From NCBI GenBank assembly GCA_964016885.1, contig OZ024765.1, positions 6,200,001-6,264,000 of the forward strand: DNA of 64,000 nt, in the 5' to 3' direction. The stretch comes from Eledone cirrhosa (Eukaryota). The notes under the pieces are model-generated. The model made no database searches and had not been told where the DNA came from. It saw only the letters and a list, made by a program, of their open reading frames with translations. Below are positions 41,423 to 56,597 of the stretch, piece after piece; positions within the stretch are counted from its first letter, which is position 1, and each line of letters starts with the position of its first letter. Both the position numbers and the translations under genes were made by a program.

Positions 41423-42762
41423 GAGAGTATCTTGGTCAGCCTTTTTCGAGAAGCGGGCTACATGAGGTATGGCTCATCATCAGGCGGGCCACAAGCGCTA
41501 ATTTACATTCATGCCCACATTAAAAAAAGGGGGCAGTAACTCAGGTTGTTTTGATTTGTTTCTTCAGAATTCGTACACGTTGTTTTCCTCGATCATAAAA
41601 ATGATAGAAAGATAAATTACGACTGAAAAGTTGGGGTAAAAAAATCAGAAAGATTTCACTTAGGTGACTTAGGCGAGCCATTCAGAAAGGTTCGTGGGCT
41701 GCAGGTTGCCCATGACTGGCCTCAAGGCATTTTTATGGACTAAGTCCAATATTCATGGTACTTCACTCTTCGCAGGTGTTCTAGGAACATAGCCCCTATG
41801 AATACTGGGGACAACTGTATATACAATCGCTTACAACTTTGCATGTTAAAACCATTCTATGTTCAGTCTTCATTTTATGTTTATAAATGTTAAAAATTCG
41901 ATATGGTATCTATTCTTATAATTTGAATTTGATAAAATTTTATCCCTTTTTATAATTCCTGGTGATACACAGATGTTTATTAACTGTTACTGATTAACTT
42001 GTTGTTTACATATGCATGTAATGCATGTAGCATTATCCCCTGTATGGAAACACACAGAGAAATTATAGAATGAATCTAAGTTGTGAACCTCGGTTTTGCT
42101 TCAAAAGATAATATTCAACCACTCTCGTGAGTCTACATGTTAAAAGATATCTAAGAAGCTTCCGATTCCAGAGTCAGGTTCGATCATTAATAGATAGTTC
42201 CTCGAGCTGATTGACAGTGAAACATATGTAATGTGTTATTAAATATGTATATGATGCAACATTGATTCTTTGTTCCCTTATCTATCTATCTATATATATA
42301 TATATAAAGAGCATTAGGCTTGCAATTGAAAAGTTGTGAGTTCAATTCTCAGACCGAGTGATGTGTTGTTTCCTTGAGCAAGACACTTTATTTCACATTG
42401 CTCCAGTTTACTCAGCTGTAGAAATGAGATGATAGGGACTGGGGTCCATATCATTCCACTGCAAAGTGGTCGTGGAGGTGCCACGGCAAAAAAGCACCCA
42501 GCACTCACTGTAAATGAGGTTGGTGTTAGGAAGGGCATCCAGCTGTAGAAATCAAGCCAGAATCAGTTCTCGTCCCACCCTTGCAAGCAAGGAAAAGTGG
42601 ACGTAAAATGAAATGAAAATGAATGAATATATACGGCCCTTGCCATTCTGAGTTCAAATCCCGCCGAGGTTAACTTTGCCTTTCATCCTTACGGGGTCGA
42701 TAAAATAAAGTACCAGTAATACACTGGGTAATTGCTAGCCTTGTGCTAAAAATAGAAACAAT

Positions 42763-42814
<52 letters not shown>

Positions 42815-43410
42815 GAAAACAAGAGAAGGCCTGACTAGAAAATTTACTTTAGAATTTTAATTCCATGAAATCACTATACACTATACACACACATTTCTGA
42901 ATGACAAGATAGAAGAATAACTGGAACAAAATTGAAATAAAGAAGAGAGAGAGAGAGAGAGAGCACAAATTAGTGATTGAGAAGGTCACAGAATGTGTGA
43001 TGGAAGAACTTTCACAATTAAATTGCCATTTGGATACTAAACCAACTAGCATTGGATAAGTTACTTTGATAACAGAAACTGAAGTGAAACTAAATTGGTA
43101 CGTTTGTTGTTATTGGCAACTTGACACCATCCCCACCATAATATTATATATACACGTGCGCCTTTACTATAGTAAAAGTTTGGTAGAAATATCCAAGGGT
43201 AAAAGCACTCAGTCCATAGGACTAGTTAAGTATAATTAGTTACAACAGTGACACTTAAGTTTTGTTGGGTTATATAACCCAATGTAAGTTAAGTAACTGT
43301 ATATGTCATTGTTGTAACTAATTATATATATATATCCATATATGGTTGACGGCTGAGAGAAAAAAGTACTCAATACCATATTAGATATATATATATATAT
43401 ATATATATAT

Positions 43411-43445
<35 letters not shown>

Positions 43446-43754
43446 TTTACGCCTGCTTTTCCCTGCTTGCAAGGGTGGGACGGGAAGTGATTCTGGCTTG
43501 ATTTCTACAGCTGGATGCCCTTCCTAACACCAACCTCATTTACAGTGAGTGCTGGGTGCTTTTTGGCTGTGGCACCCCCACGACCACTTAACAGTGGGAT
43601 GATAGGGACCCCAGTCCCTATCATCTCATTTCTACAGCTGAGTAAACTGGAGCAATGTGAAATAAAGTGTCTTGCTCAAGGAAACAACACATCACCCGGT
43701 CTGAGAATTGAACTCACAACCTTTCGATTGCAAGGCCAATGCTCTAACCACTAA

Positions 43755-43785
<31 letters not shown>

Positions 43786-43937
43786 GGGGGATGGGTCCTA
43801 CATGAGCGAGACAGCCACCCGATCAACCTTGCCTCAAGTGGGACAACTCCCGTCTAACATGCTAGCGTGGAAGATGGACATTAAACGAAGATGATGATGA
43901 TGATGATATATATACATTACTCTACTAAAAACATTCC

Positions 43938-44010
<73 letters not shown>

Positions 44011-44929
44011 AATGAAGTAATTCCGTCGGAAAGGTACAGGAAAAAAGAGTGCTCTATGTAGGTTACAGAGCTTATTAGTTGTGTAATAAGCAACATAAGA
44101 TAATTATTTCATTTGGTGTTTCCTCAGCCTCGCTTTCATATTTCTGATATTTTTGTTTTCAAATCCACATTCAATAAAAACACCAGGTTTTTTTCATTCT
44201 GACGACTGAAAGCAGATTTATTTGCTTTCAAGAAACCACTGGTAAATGAAATAATTATCTTATGTTGTTTATTACATATATATATATTGTGTGTGTGTTG
44301 TGTATATATATACACACACATAAATAGATAGATAAATAGATACACAGACTGGCAGCCAGACAAATAGACAAATGGATATACAAGCAGACAGACAGGTAAA
44401 CAGATGGATAGACAGGTAGACAGACGGATAGATAGATAGATAGATAGTTACAGGTGGATAGATAGACAGGTACAGGTAAACAGGTGGATAGATAGATAGT
44501 TACAGGTAAACAGGTGGATAGACAGACAGGTAAACAGGTTGATAGACAGGTAAATAGATGGATAGACAGGTAGACAGACAGACAGATAGATAGATAGTTA
44601 CTGGTGGATAGATAGACAGGTACAGGTAAACAGGTGGAGAGATAGACAGGTACAGGTAAACAGGTGGATAGATAGATAGTTACAGGTAAACAAGTGGATA
44701 GACAGACAGGTAAACAGGTTGATAGACAGGTAAATAGATGGATAGGTAGATAAATAGACAGGTTGATAGACAGACAGGTAAACAGGTGGAGAGATAGATA
44801 GGTGATGATGATCAGGTGATGGAGGTGAAAAACAAGAGAGAGCAGCGACAGTGAGATGACGAAGGTAAGGTGAGTGAGGTGGGTAAATTGAATGGGAGAG
44901 AGATTGATTATTGGTTTTCGAGTGAGCAG

Positions 44930-45126
44930 GCTGGTGGTGGTGGTGGTGGTGGTGGCGGTTGTAGCTGTGGTGGAGGTGATGATGGTGGTGGTGGTGATGA
45001 TGGGGGTGGTGGTGGTGATGATGGTGGTGGTTGTAGCTGTGGTGGAGGTGATGGTGGTGGTGGTGGTGATGGTGGTGGTGGTGGTGATGATGGTGGTGGT
45101 GGTGATGATGGTGGTGGAGGTGGTGG

Positions 45127-45158
<32 letters not shown>

Positions 45159-45408
45159 ATGGTGGTGGTGATGATAATGTTGGTGGTGGTGGTTGTTGTA
45201 GTGGTGATGGTGGTGGTTGTAGTGGTGATGATGATGATGGTGGTGGTGGTTGTAGCTGTGGTGGTAATGGTAATGGTGGTGGTAGTGGTGATGGTGGTAG
45301 TGGAGGTTGTAGCTGTGGTGGTAATGGTGATGGTGGTGGTGCTGGTAGTGGAGGTGTTTGTGGTGACGATGATGATGGTGGTGGTGGTAGTGGTGGTGAT
45401 GATGATGG
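44930..45408. repeat. (GGT/GAT)n trinucleotide tract
   Basis: Direct inspection. Confidence 0.95.
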
Positions 45409-45907
45409 AATAGTAGAGAAGGTCGTATAGAGAATGTAATGCAAAGGAATTGAAGAAAGAGAGAGAAAGAGGAGGAAGAGGTAAGAAAGAAACGTGAGTT
45501 TGGTAAGGAGGAGTGAAGGGGTGAGAGCAAAGCATGTCTAAGAGAAAGAGGGGGAGAAAGAAGAGTGAGAAGGAAGAGAGAAAGTAAGATGGAGAGAAGG
45601 AAGAGAGAAAGTAAGATGGAGAGAACGAAGAGAGAGAGGAATAGAAAGGGACATAGAGATAAAGAGAGACAGAGATAGACACACATAGGTTTTAATGAGT
45701 TGGAGTGCATAACCCAACGAAACTTAAGTACCTGTGTATATCACTATTGCAACTAATCATATATATATATAGAGATATGTTTATCCCGGTTCAATCGGAT
45801 GTAACCACAATAAGGTACTCAATACATAGCAGAGTACAAATATTTAATATAGAAATGGCTTCTACAGGACTAGAACTGTTTCATTCGGAGGAAATCATCA
45901 GGAAAAC

Positions 45908-45948
<41 letters not shown>

Positions 45949-46714
45949 TCGTTCACGATTTCACCGAATTTATATTCATAGAAATTTGGGACTTGACTCC
46001 TTCTTCCTTACTTTTCGTTGCTTCACTATCTTTGTTTGTTTACACTCATGTCCCCTTTATTTACGTGTCCCAACGACCTTTTTTTGGCCGTTGCTCGCAC
46101 CAACAGGAGGTATATGGTCTTTAAAGCGATGAAATACCAATGATGGTTGGAAGATCACTGATGAAGGACTAACTTTATTCATATATATATATAAACGTTA
46201 AGACCCTCTTCTTGCTATTTCAAGCGTTAACCTAATATATCCCTTCCATATACTGTACCGACTGTGTTGTTATTTCTGTTTACCTTTTACACACATATAT
46301 ATATATATATATAGGAAAATGTTAGACCCCGACGGCAGAGCTCAAGTAGTTTCGACGGCTATTTCTGGACCGGTATATATATATATCGAAAGAGAAAGAC
46401 AGGTGTATAAATCTCTTCTTTTTTGAGAGAGGGAAAGAGGGGGTGACGGAGGTGAGAGATAGGAGGATGGGACGACAGAAGTGAGAGGGAGGGGAAGGAC
46501 GACGAAAGTGAGAGGGGACGACGGAATTGAGAAAGAGGGGGGAGAGGGGACGGCGGAGGTGAGAAAGAGGGGGGGGACGACGGAGGTGAGAGAGAGAAGG
46601 TGAGAAGAAATTATTGCAGAAAAAAAAGGGGGGGGGGCCTGAAAAAGTCAACATGAAATAAACAATAAACAATAAACAAAAATAAATAATAAAAGAAAAA
46701 AAATATTTACTTAC

Positions 46715-46790
46715 TTTGATCGTCGAATTTTCTAATAATTGTATCAATAAAGGTGTTAGGCGGAGCAACATGGCCTCTTCTGACGGGCAT
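46715..46790 (-). CDS. erg: erg-family (KCNH2/6/7-like) K+ channel, coding exon 1 (N-cap of eag domain)
   Basis: Reverse complement reads ATG CCC GTC AGA AGA GGC CAT... = [25 protein letters not shown]+A, close to the hERG N-terminus [25 protein letters not shown]. 76 nt, ends at a GTAAGT donor (46714-46709), AAA before ATG. Phase 1 joins exon 2 (A+AT=Asn). Confidence 0.96.
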
Positions 46791-47241
46791 TTTGGCAGTT
46801 TTGGAACCGATAAAACCGGAACAACAATAGCAGTAGTGTTTATTTTATTTTGTTAAGGGTTTTTTTTTTTTTCAAAGGGCAAGAAAAGCGCAGCAAACGT
46901 TGGCGTGTAATGGAATTCCTTAATCAAGATAATATTGGTGTTGTGGGGTGTAATAAAATCCTGAGAGGGGAGGTTAATAAGTTAGTTTGCTTAAGTCTTG
47001 GGGTGAGTTAGTTCTTAATTGAGGAAAGGATGGAAATGGCAGGCTGAGCAATGTCACCTACCTGCCCGACTGTCCTTTTATGTTTTGGTTTATATATATA
47101 TATATATATATATAAAGTTTATTTTTGGCTTCTCTTCTCTCAGGATTTTTTATCCTTCTCTTTAAAATTGTTAATAATATCCTTCAGACATGGCATAATA
47201 ATTTTAACTCTTCCCTTACACATTTCAGCTATATATCATAC

Positions 47242-47294
<53 letters not shown>

Positions 47295-47334
47295 ACTCTC
47301 TCGTCGTACGAGGGTTCAACAGTTTTCTTCAGTT

Positions 47335-47390
<56 letters not shown>

Positions 47391-47860
47391 CTATTTCTCT
47401 ATCGTTGCTGGCTTTCCTTTCACCCTTTTCTCTCGCCAATATATAATAACAACAATAATAATGATTGCATTTAGTAGTAGTAGTAGTAGTAGTAGTAGTA
47501 ATCCTTATATTCCTTAACAATAATGATGGGGCTCTTTATTAACAGTAATAACAACAATAGTGTTTATCCCACTGCTAATGCTGCCAAATTCTTCGTTATT
47601 TCACCAAAATGATTCGCCATTCATAATAGAACATAAAACAGCACCGTCGGAAAATTCGCTATCTTCACTCCTCCATAAAATACCTGTTATTTTCACAAAC
47701 AGATTATTTATCCAATAGACAATTTCTGTATCTTATACACAGTATATATATCTGTATATATATATATATGGTTGTATATATATGTGTGTGTTTGTATCGG
47801 TGTGTGTAATTCTTTGGCTGTTGTTTCTTGTCTTACTTTTTTTTACATACGTATGTGTGC

Positions 47861-47920
<60 letters not shown>

Positions 47921-48769
47921 GGGTGGATATATTTGTATGTAGGGGTGTGTGTGTATATATGTAACCTTTTGGCCCTTGTTTCTTGTCTATATATATATAT
48001 ACAGGTGGATATATATGTATGTAGGTGTGGGTGTGTGTGTGTGTGTGTGTATATGTAATCCTTTGGCTCTTGTTTCTTGTCTATATATATATATATATAC
48101 ACAGGTGTATATATATATATGTATATGTATATAGGGGGTGTGTGTATATATGTAATTCTTTAGCTTTTGTTTGCTTTCTTTCGTTGATTTAATTTGTTTG
48201 GTTTGAAGACAAAAACAAACAAGGATGATCCAATATTTTACCTATAAATAAATTAATATTTTACAATTGCACACACATATATATTGTATATATATATACA
48301 GATATAAATACATATACATATATATATATATGTATGTATATATGGTCTGTTGTCTTTCGTTGATTAGGTTGATGAATATACAGCAAAAGGTAAACAAGAT
48401 ATACACAGACAGACAGGCCTCAATCTACTTATGTTAACCACAAATTAATTATTTAACTCCAAACTTGTTTACTTAATTAGTAATAATTACACGAGCTCCT
48501 CTGGTAAACTCCACAATTTGTCATTTCATTTTCATCTCATCTTATTTTCATTACATTTTCCTTTCATTTTACTTTGGTTTTAATTTTCATTTCATTTTAT
48601 TTTCATTTCACTTCGGTTTTAATTTTCATTTAATTTTCATTCCATTTTCATTACATTTCGGTTTTTTATCCTCTTCAAATAAAAAATCCACCAAGATAAT
48701 TTCTTTGGTTTTGTGACAAGTTTATCTCGCAGAATTTCTTTTTTGTTATGTATATATATATTTACATCT

Positions 48770-48806
<37 letters not shown>

Positions 48807-48971
48807 CTTATCTCGGCTTAATTTATATATATTTATATTTTTTAGTCGACTTCCAATCCTAGGAAATATTTTATTCTTCAGAAATCTTCGCGGCTGCCTC
48901 TTTTGTTTATCTTTTTCTTTCTTTCACGTTTTATTTCTAGGTATATATTGTATATATATTGTGTAGTTTTC

Positions 48972-49021
<50 letters not shown>

Positions 49022-49239
49022 TTATATGCTTACTTTTTCTGGTTTGTATATATATATATATATATATATATAACTTATAAGCTTACTTTTTTCTTGTTTG
49101 TATATATATATACATACATATATATATATATATATACGTGTTACCCTTAGTTTTCAAAAAATCGCAGTTGTATTTGTATACATCCCAAGATTTCAACACT
49201 TTCAATATAAAACTAGCTGCTTGTCGGCTACTGACCGTT

Positions 49240-49277
<38 letters not shown>

Positions 49278-49278
49278 T

Positions 49279-49319
<41 letters not shown>

Positions 49320-49430
49320 TGTATTATTATTAGTAGTTTTTAACTCAAATCACATCACACATCGCCATGCACCTGCTTACATCCTTTTCATTACCAACAT
49401 CCTCTACATGCACGCATCTGCGTGTATGTG

Positions 49431-49471
<41 letters not shown>

Positions 49472-49487
49472 ATATATGTGTATGTGA

Positions 49488-49544
<57 letters not shown>

Positions 49545-49602
49545 TATATTGCGCGTATATATGTGGTATGTGATTATATATATATATATATGTATATAAT
49601 TG

Positions 49603-49728
<126 letters not shown>

Positions 49729-49766
49729 ATTATATATATATGTATATAATTGTGTGTGTGTGTGTG

Positions 49767-49832
<66 letters not shown>

Positions 49833-49970
49833 ATTATATATATATGTATATAATTGTGTGTGTATATGTGATTATATATATATATGAGAGAGTGTGTGTG
49901 TATATATATATATATATAGGTGTGTATGTGTATATGTGATTATATATATATATGAAAGTGTGTGTGTGTG

Positions 49971-50020
<50 letters not shown>

Positions 50021-50050
50021 TGTGTGTGTGTATATATAGATATAGGTGTG

Positions 50051-50109
<59 letters not shown>

Positions 50110-50142
50110 ATATGTGATTATATATATATATGAGAGTGTGTG

Positions 50143-50206
<64 letters not shown>

Positions 50207-50382
50207 TGTGTATGTCTGTGTGAACTAGAAGCAGGCAGAAAGAGAACTAAAGGTTACTATTATCAACAGCGAACCTCAAAATACACATATACACACACAC
50301 GTTGTTTAATTAAAAAGTGCAACATCTGTGCATATAGTGTTTTGATCGCGTGTATATACGTGTGTGTGTGTATGTATGTATG

Positions 50383-50448
<66 letters not shown>

Positions 50449-50766
50449 GTATATTTACTTATCTTAGTTCACAAATAAGAAAGAAGTCAATATTTTATGA
50501 TGTAGTAAATAATGCCGTCGCTATGTTGTGAGAAAATGTATGTATGTATATATATGTGTGTATACACATATATATATATATATATATAAGAGAGAGGTCT
50601 CTGTGTATATAACTATATATCTCTCTGTGTGAATCTATGAGATGTGTGTGCTTCTATTAGCTAGCTAGAGAAAGGTGTATGTGCGTGTATATAACCATTC
50701 ATCTACCTAGAGGAAGGTCTGTGAGCGTGTATAATTATAACACGTACCCAAAGGCCTGTGTGTGTT

Positions 50767-50827
<61 letters not shown>

Positions 50828-52262
50828 AAGACTTCCCTTGTTATATATAATCTAAATAGCAGCAAGCTCTCTCTTTCCCTATTTCAAAGATCCAATTGTA
50901 CATATGATACGAGGTTAGAAATTATCTTATCTCCCTACTTTAATTATTAGAAAGTCATTTTGTGAGCGAAAAATATTAAATGGTTTAATGAGATGAAAAG
51001 AACCTCTGGTATTTCGATATTGTAAAGTAAATAGATTTTTTTTCACGTTGGTTATTTAAAATGTAAAAATATTCATTTTAACCAATGCCATTCTGCTTAA
51101 GTCTATATCAACAATTGGTCTTATCTATATATCTCTATATATCTGTCTCACAATCTATTTGTCAATCTATCTATCTCTCTCTCTCTATATATATATATCT
51201 GTCTGTCTTTCTATATATCTATCAATCAGTTTGTCTATTTATCTATCTCCCTATCTGTCTCTCTCACTCTACCTATCTATCTATCTAACACTATCCATCT
51301 ATCTATCTGTCTATCTATCAGTCACTCTATATTATTTAATGTCCCTTTAATTTTTTTGCAAGGGTTACTTCAGGGGCAGATATTTTACCAAAATACTCAG
51401 TTGCCTAGCATATTATATTCACAGAACATAAGGGGACAACGTTGATTCGGGTTAGTGTCCGGGAGTTTACTGCACATAAAATACAATGAAAAAAAAAGCG
51501 GATCCCTAAATATATATTTAAAAGATGGACATAAAGTTTATAAGCAGTATTGTACTATGTAACAATATAATGTATTTAACTTGTGGTGGAGGAGTTTCTG
51601 AAATTGCAGGGCTCCCAACAAATGCTACTCTTGCTATGAGGCTAATCCGGCACTTATGCTAGTCTTGCTACTAGGTTAATCCGGCACTGTTAGCTATATA
51701 TGTATATATGTGTGTGTATATATATATTTATATATTTACTAAACATAGAGGAGGAATTACGAAGAAAAATCTCTTATTTTTCTTCCAGTCCTCTTTATAA
51801 ACTCGGAGATGTTGGAGAGGAGACGAAGACAAATGAAATCTTTCGCCTTAATCCGCTTATTTTTTTATTAGTAATAATAATAATAATAATAATATACTTG
51901 TATTCTACGTTTAAGAAAACATCATCATCGCTAATATTATTTTTATTTCCTGTATTATCAGAAAAGAGTCATCGTTTCAACGCTTACACAGAACATCCTG
52001 TGTCCATTCTCGTCTTTAGTCAAAACTATTTATCTCTTGGTACAGTGTGTCCATCTATGAGTCTCTCTCTATCTCTGTATACACACACACATACACATAT
52101 ATATATATATAGAAATGATTTCTACAGGACTAGAGCTCTTTCATTAATATGAAATCGTCATATATATATATATATATATAAAATAAAGATCCTTATACCC
52201 TACCAACGTACTGAGTACTTTTTTTTAAAACTGTGGTTACCCCTGACACCAATCGGGAACAT

Positions 52263-52301
<39 letters not shown>

Positions 52302-52422
52302 GACACGCACACGGTGTTTATATCAACGGCTTGACATGTTTCTGCATTACCAGCAGTTTCAAGATGTAAACTGTAAACACGTTTAGCTCTTTCAAATACA
52401 TTGAAATAAATAAACAGACAAA

Positions 52423-52479
<57 letters not shown>

Positions 52480-52530
52480 GACTGACTTCTACAGGACTAG
52501 AACTGTTTCATTCGTATGGAATCATCAGGG

Positions 52531-52575
<45 letters not shown>

Positions 52576-53124
52576 GTATGTATAATGCGCGTGTGTATAT
52601 AATATGTGGATATACAAAAATAATCAGCCGAAGCTTATCTAACGACACACAAGCTAATACAAGATAAGGTGGTCGCTTGGGTGTATATTATTATATAAAG
52701 TATCGATGTCGGGTGTATAATATTATATAAGATAATCGATATCTGGTGTATAATATTAAATAATCTATCACTTATCAACTCAAGTATTTTTCAACCAGAT
52801 ATATTAATTCATTACTTTTTTTAGGGTCTTATCCGACCTGCTGTGTGTGTATCTCTCCCTGGTGTGTTTACCCCACCCCAACGCGGTGACAGCTACCCGG
52901 CACGGTCGCAATCTTTCCTGATCTATCGATCTATGTATCTATCAGTCGTAGTCTTATGTGTTTTTTTTATTTTATATATGTTGGTTTCTGTATGTATATG
53001 TATGTTTATGTGTATATACGCACGCACGCACACACATTGACACGCGCATACACATAATTACAGGCTCACACACGTACAAAGAAGTACCCTCTCCCCTAAT
53101 TAAACCTCCGCAACACATACATAC

Positions 53125-53159
<35 letters not shown>

Positions 53160-54422
53160 TATATATATATACACAATATATATTTATATATTTACAGGAG
53201 GAAATTCATGCTTTGATTCTTCACATTTGTATAAATATATATATATATATATAGACACATACACACTATATATATATATATATATAAATATACAATATAT
53301 ATATACACACGCACTATATATATTATACACACACACTATATATATATATAAATATACAATATATATATAGAGAGAGACACACTATATATATATATAACTA
53401 TACACAATATATATTTATAGACATACACACTCTATATAAATATACACACACTATATATATATATATAGATATATATATATACAATATATATTACACTCAC
53501 ACAATGTTATGCAAAAGAAAATATACTAATATATACCAATATATACACCAATATATATAGAGACAGCTTTGAAGGAGACCAGTAAAATATTACTCAATCA
53601 CATAGATAAGCAGTGAACGAATTTTCCTTCTTTTTTTCCGTTCAGTTCAATTCAATTTAAATTCATTTGATTTAGTTCGATCTCCACATACTATGATAGA
53701 CACTTAATGTGAAGTAAGTAAACGTCCTTCAAGATCAGAATGGAATATTTTAGAAAGGTGTAGAATCCTTTTTTTCCCCCTTTTTTTTTTACTCCTTTCT
53801 TTGGCCTTAGTTAATATTTTTTAATTAACTGTCCGGCCAAATTTGAATAGAAAGAATGTTTATAAAGGTATTGTTAATATAATTTATAGTATAATTATAA
53901 TTATTCCTTTCGTTACCTTTGTCGTCCGTTATTTTTTGTTTATCATCATGTACCAACTTCCATACCTTGTGGTGGTGGTGGTTGTTGCATGTAAAATATG
54001 TATGTCAGTTATATTACATTAGAATAGAGTCGAGTCCCTCCGGGCAGGGCTCAACTAGACTGGGCTGGGTTGGGCTGGGTAGGGTTGGTCCCCTAAATTC
54101 TATCATCATCTCATTGTCGTCCACGCTCTCTCACAACCATTCTTTTAGTCTTTCCCTTCAACGCAACTAAAAACACTGCCAGCCAACTGTCGCATTACAG
54201 CTCTCTATCTATCGTTCGCTCTCTTTCTCATCCTCTACATCTCTCTAGCTATCTATAAATAAATAAATATATATATATATATCGATCAATCTCGTCGTCA
54301 GCTATCGAATTCGCCTCCTACTTGCACATAATTACTCCTCTTCCTCTCCCCACACTACGTCTCTCTCTCTCTCTCTCACTCACAATCATTATTGATGTAC
54401 GTCTTACCACTTTCACCCCCTC

Positions 54423-54523
<101 letters not shown>

Positions 54524-54589
54524 TTGTATCAATCGATCTAGCTATCGAATTATACTGCTACCCACACCTTCCTCTTCCTGTCGCTCACT

Positions 54590-54666
54590 CACACTGTGTG
54601 AGTATGTATATGTGTGTGTGTGTGTGTAAGTATGTATATATATATATATGTGTGTGTGTAAGTATG

Positions 54667-54703
<37 letters not shown>

Positions 54704-54742
54704 AAGTATGTGTATATATATATATGTGTGTGTGTAAGTATG

Positions 54743-54777
<35 letters not shown>

Positions 54778-54876
54778 AAGTATGTGTATATATATATATG
54801 TGTGTGTGTAAGTATGTATATATATATATATGTGTGTGTGTAAGTATGTATATATATATATATGTGTGTGTGTAAG

Positions 54877-54919
<43 letters not shown>

Positions 54920-55020
54920 ATAAGTATGTGTATATATATATATGTGTGTGTGTAAGTATGTATATATATATATGTGTGTGTAAGTATGTGTATATATATA
55001 TATGTGTGTGTGTAAGTATG

Positions 55021-55051
<31 letters not shown>

Positions 55052-55128
55052 AAGTATGTATATATATATATATGTGTGTGTGTGTAAGTATGTATATATA
55101 TATATATATGTGTGTGTGTGTAAGTATG

Positions 55129-55163
<35 letters not shown>

Positions 55164-55332
55164 AAGTATGTGTGTATATATATATGTGTGTGTGTAAGTA
55201 TGTATATATATATATATGTGTGCGTGTGTAAGTATGTATATATGTGTGTGTGTGTGTAAGTATGTATATATATATATCTATATATGTGTGTGTAAGTATG
55301 TGTATATATATATATGTGTGTGTGTAAGTATG

Positions 55333-55365
<33 letters not shown>

Positions 55366-56024
55366 AAGTATGTGTGTATATATATATATATGTGTGTGTA
55401 AGTATGTATATATATATATATGTGTGCGTGTGTAATTATGTATATATGTGTGTGTGTGTAAGTATGTATATATATATATATATGTGTGTGTGTGTAAGTA
55501 TGTGTATATATATATATATGTGTGTGTAAGTATGTATATATATATATATGTGTGTGTGTGTAAGTATGTATATATATATATGTGTGTAAGTATGTATATA
55601 TATGTGTATGAGTATGTATATATATATATATATGTATATATGTGTGTGTGTGTAAGTATGTATATATATATGTGTATGAGTATGTATATATATATGTGTG
55701 TGTAAGTATGTATATATATATGTGTATGTAAGTATGTATATATATGTGTGTGTAAGTATGCATATGTGTGTGAGTATGTATATATATGTGTGTGTGAGTA
55801 TGTATATATATGTGTGTGAGTATGTATATATGTGTGTGTGTAAGTATGTAAATATATGTGTATGTAAGTATGTACATATATATATATATATGTATAGGTA
55901 CATACGTATGTATATATATATGTATGTGTTACTTTCACTTTCTATATCCCCTCTCTCTTTCTCTATACACATAAATACGTATTACTTTCACTTCCTCCTC
56001 CTTCTCTCTATATGGGTATGTGTG

Positions 56025-56080
<56 letters not shown>

Positions 56081-56324
56081 TGTGTGTGTGTGTGTGTGAG
56101 AGAGTGTGTGTGTGTGAGAGAGTGTGTGTGTGTGTCAATCGATCTTACTATCGAATTCCTCTTCACTTTTATTCACTCCCACCCTCACTCACTATATTTG
56201 TCTTTACATTCATCCCCGTCTCTCACACGCTCTCTCTATCTATCTATCTATCTATCTATCTATATCTTACACACATACATACATACTCTCACACACACAC
56301 ACCTCTCTTTCTCACACACACATA

Positions 56325-56362
<38 letters not shown>

Positions 56363-56401
56363 ATATCTCACACACACACCTCTCTTTCTCACACACACAT
56401 A

Positions 56402-56437
<36 letters not shown>

Positions 56438-56565
56438 CTTACACACATACATACATACTCTCACACACACACCTCTCTTTCTCACACACACATACTCTCT
56501 CTCTCTATCTATCTATCTATCTATCTATATCTCACACACACACCTCTCTTTCTCACACACACATA

Positions 56566-56597
<32 letters not shown>

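Noticed and set aside
44870-45444. Gly-rich, Pro-rich or His-rich protein ORFs
   Set aside because: Trinucleotide repeat open in most frames; no coding evidence.
46322-46771. 149-aa minus-strand ORF over exon 1
   Set aside because: Different frame from the true MPVRRGHV exon; runs into low-complexity intron.
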